From NCBI GenBank assembly GCA_964384565.1, contig CAYLMG010000007.1, positions 1 through 26,646 of the forward strand: DNA of 26,646 nucleotides, read 5' to 3'. The notes beneath the pieces were generated by a model, which worked only from the letters and a program-made list of their open reading frames with translations, did not search any database and was not told the DNA's origin. The translations under genes and the position numbers were made by a program. This DNA is from an uncultured Pirellulales bacterium (GTDB taxonomy: Bacteria > Planctomycetota > Phycisphaerae > Sedimentisphaerales > Anaerobacaceae). How positions within the stretch are numbered: the first letter of the stretch is position 1; the number at the start of each line of letters is the position of its first letter. Of this stretch, positions 26,477 to 26,646 are shown one piece after another.

Positions 26477-26525
26477 GCACCTATTGTGGAAATTATAGTT
26501 GAATTCTTTTTATTCGTTTTTTTTA

Positions 26526-26553
26526 TTGACAAATAGGCCAAATATGATATAAA
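26526..26553 (+). promoter_or_regulatory. Near-consensus sigma70-type promoter facing out of the window
   Basis: TTGACA-N16-TATAAA with an extended -10 (TGn) and a T-rich upstream tract. Confidence 0.72.
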
Positions 26554-26554
26554 A

Positions 26555-26646
26555 GAACCCGTGTGTTAGCAAGCACACGTAACGCGGAGCACCGCAAGCA
26601 TCGGCCAGCAGGCCAAGATAACTGGTGAGCGAAGTCGAACCAGTCA
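26555..26646 (+). ncRNA. Candidate structured RNA or leader with three AGCA-loop hairpins (may continue past the window edge)
   Basis: CGTGTGTT-AGCA-AGCACACG, GCGG-AGCA-CCGC and GGCC-AGCA-GGCC directly after the promoter. Confidence 0.5.
26621..26644. repeat. REP-like palindrome ACTGGT-GAGCGAAGTCGA-ACCAGT
   Basis: 6-bp stem around a GAGC..GTCGA core, which I recall from dispersed bacterial palindromic repeats. Copy number cannot be checked here. Confidence 0.5.

Noticed and set aside
26560-26614. ANTAR dual-hairpin site or CRISPR repeats
   Set aside because: ANTAR loops are hexanucleotides, not AGCA tetraloops. The stems are not identical repeats, and there are no spacers or cas genes.
26621-26646. 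tRNA fragment on the minus strand (GGTTCGA)
   Set aside because: There is no 5-bp T-stem geometry, acceptor stem or CCA; a palindromic repeat explains it better.

Overview
Bacterial chromosomal window. A planctomycete origin (Phycisphaerae/Sedimentisphaerales-like) is inferred from protein style and not proven. (1) 147-15922: a co-directional type IV filament (T2SS/T4P-like) cluster with five pilin-like genes, pilMNO, a PilP/MshK-like gene and a secretin with a TPR-like tail. A four-gene signalling cassette (PAS histidine kinase, stand-alone receiver, GAF/HD-GYP phosphodiesterase, STAS protein) sits inside it, directly before an MshEN-bearing assembly ATPase with a non-canonical Walker A and the GspF/PilC platform. 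(2) 16317-18171: a separately promoted pair of secreted proteins, one tail-fibre/tail-collar-like and one small with a dockerin-like end. (3) rpsO-pnp with a long intergenic hairpin. (4) A sensor-less histidine kinase plus a sigma54 activator whose last 9 codons are duplicated downstream with only synonymous changes, around a REP-like palindrome. (5) A convergent restriction-modification pair: a putative HNH endonuclease and an HsdM-HsdS-fused N6-adenine methyltransferase. (6) At the right edge, a near-consensus promoter followed by a candidate RNA with three different stems all capped by the loop AGCA. All calls come from reading motifs by eye; no searches or folding programs were run.
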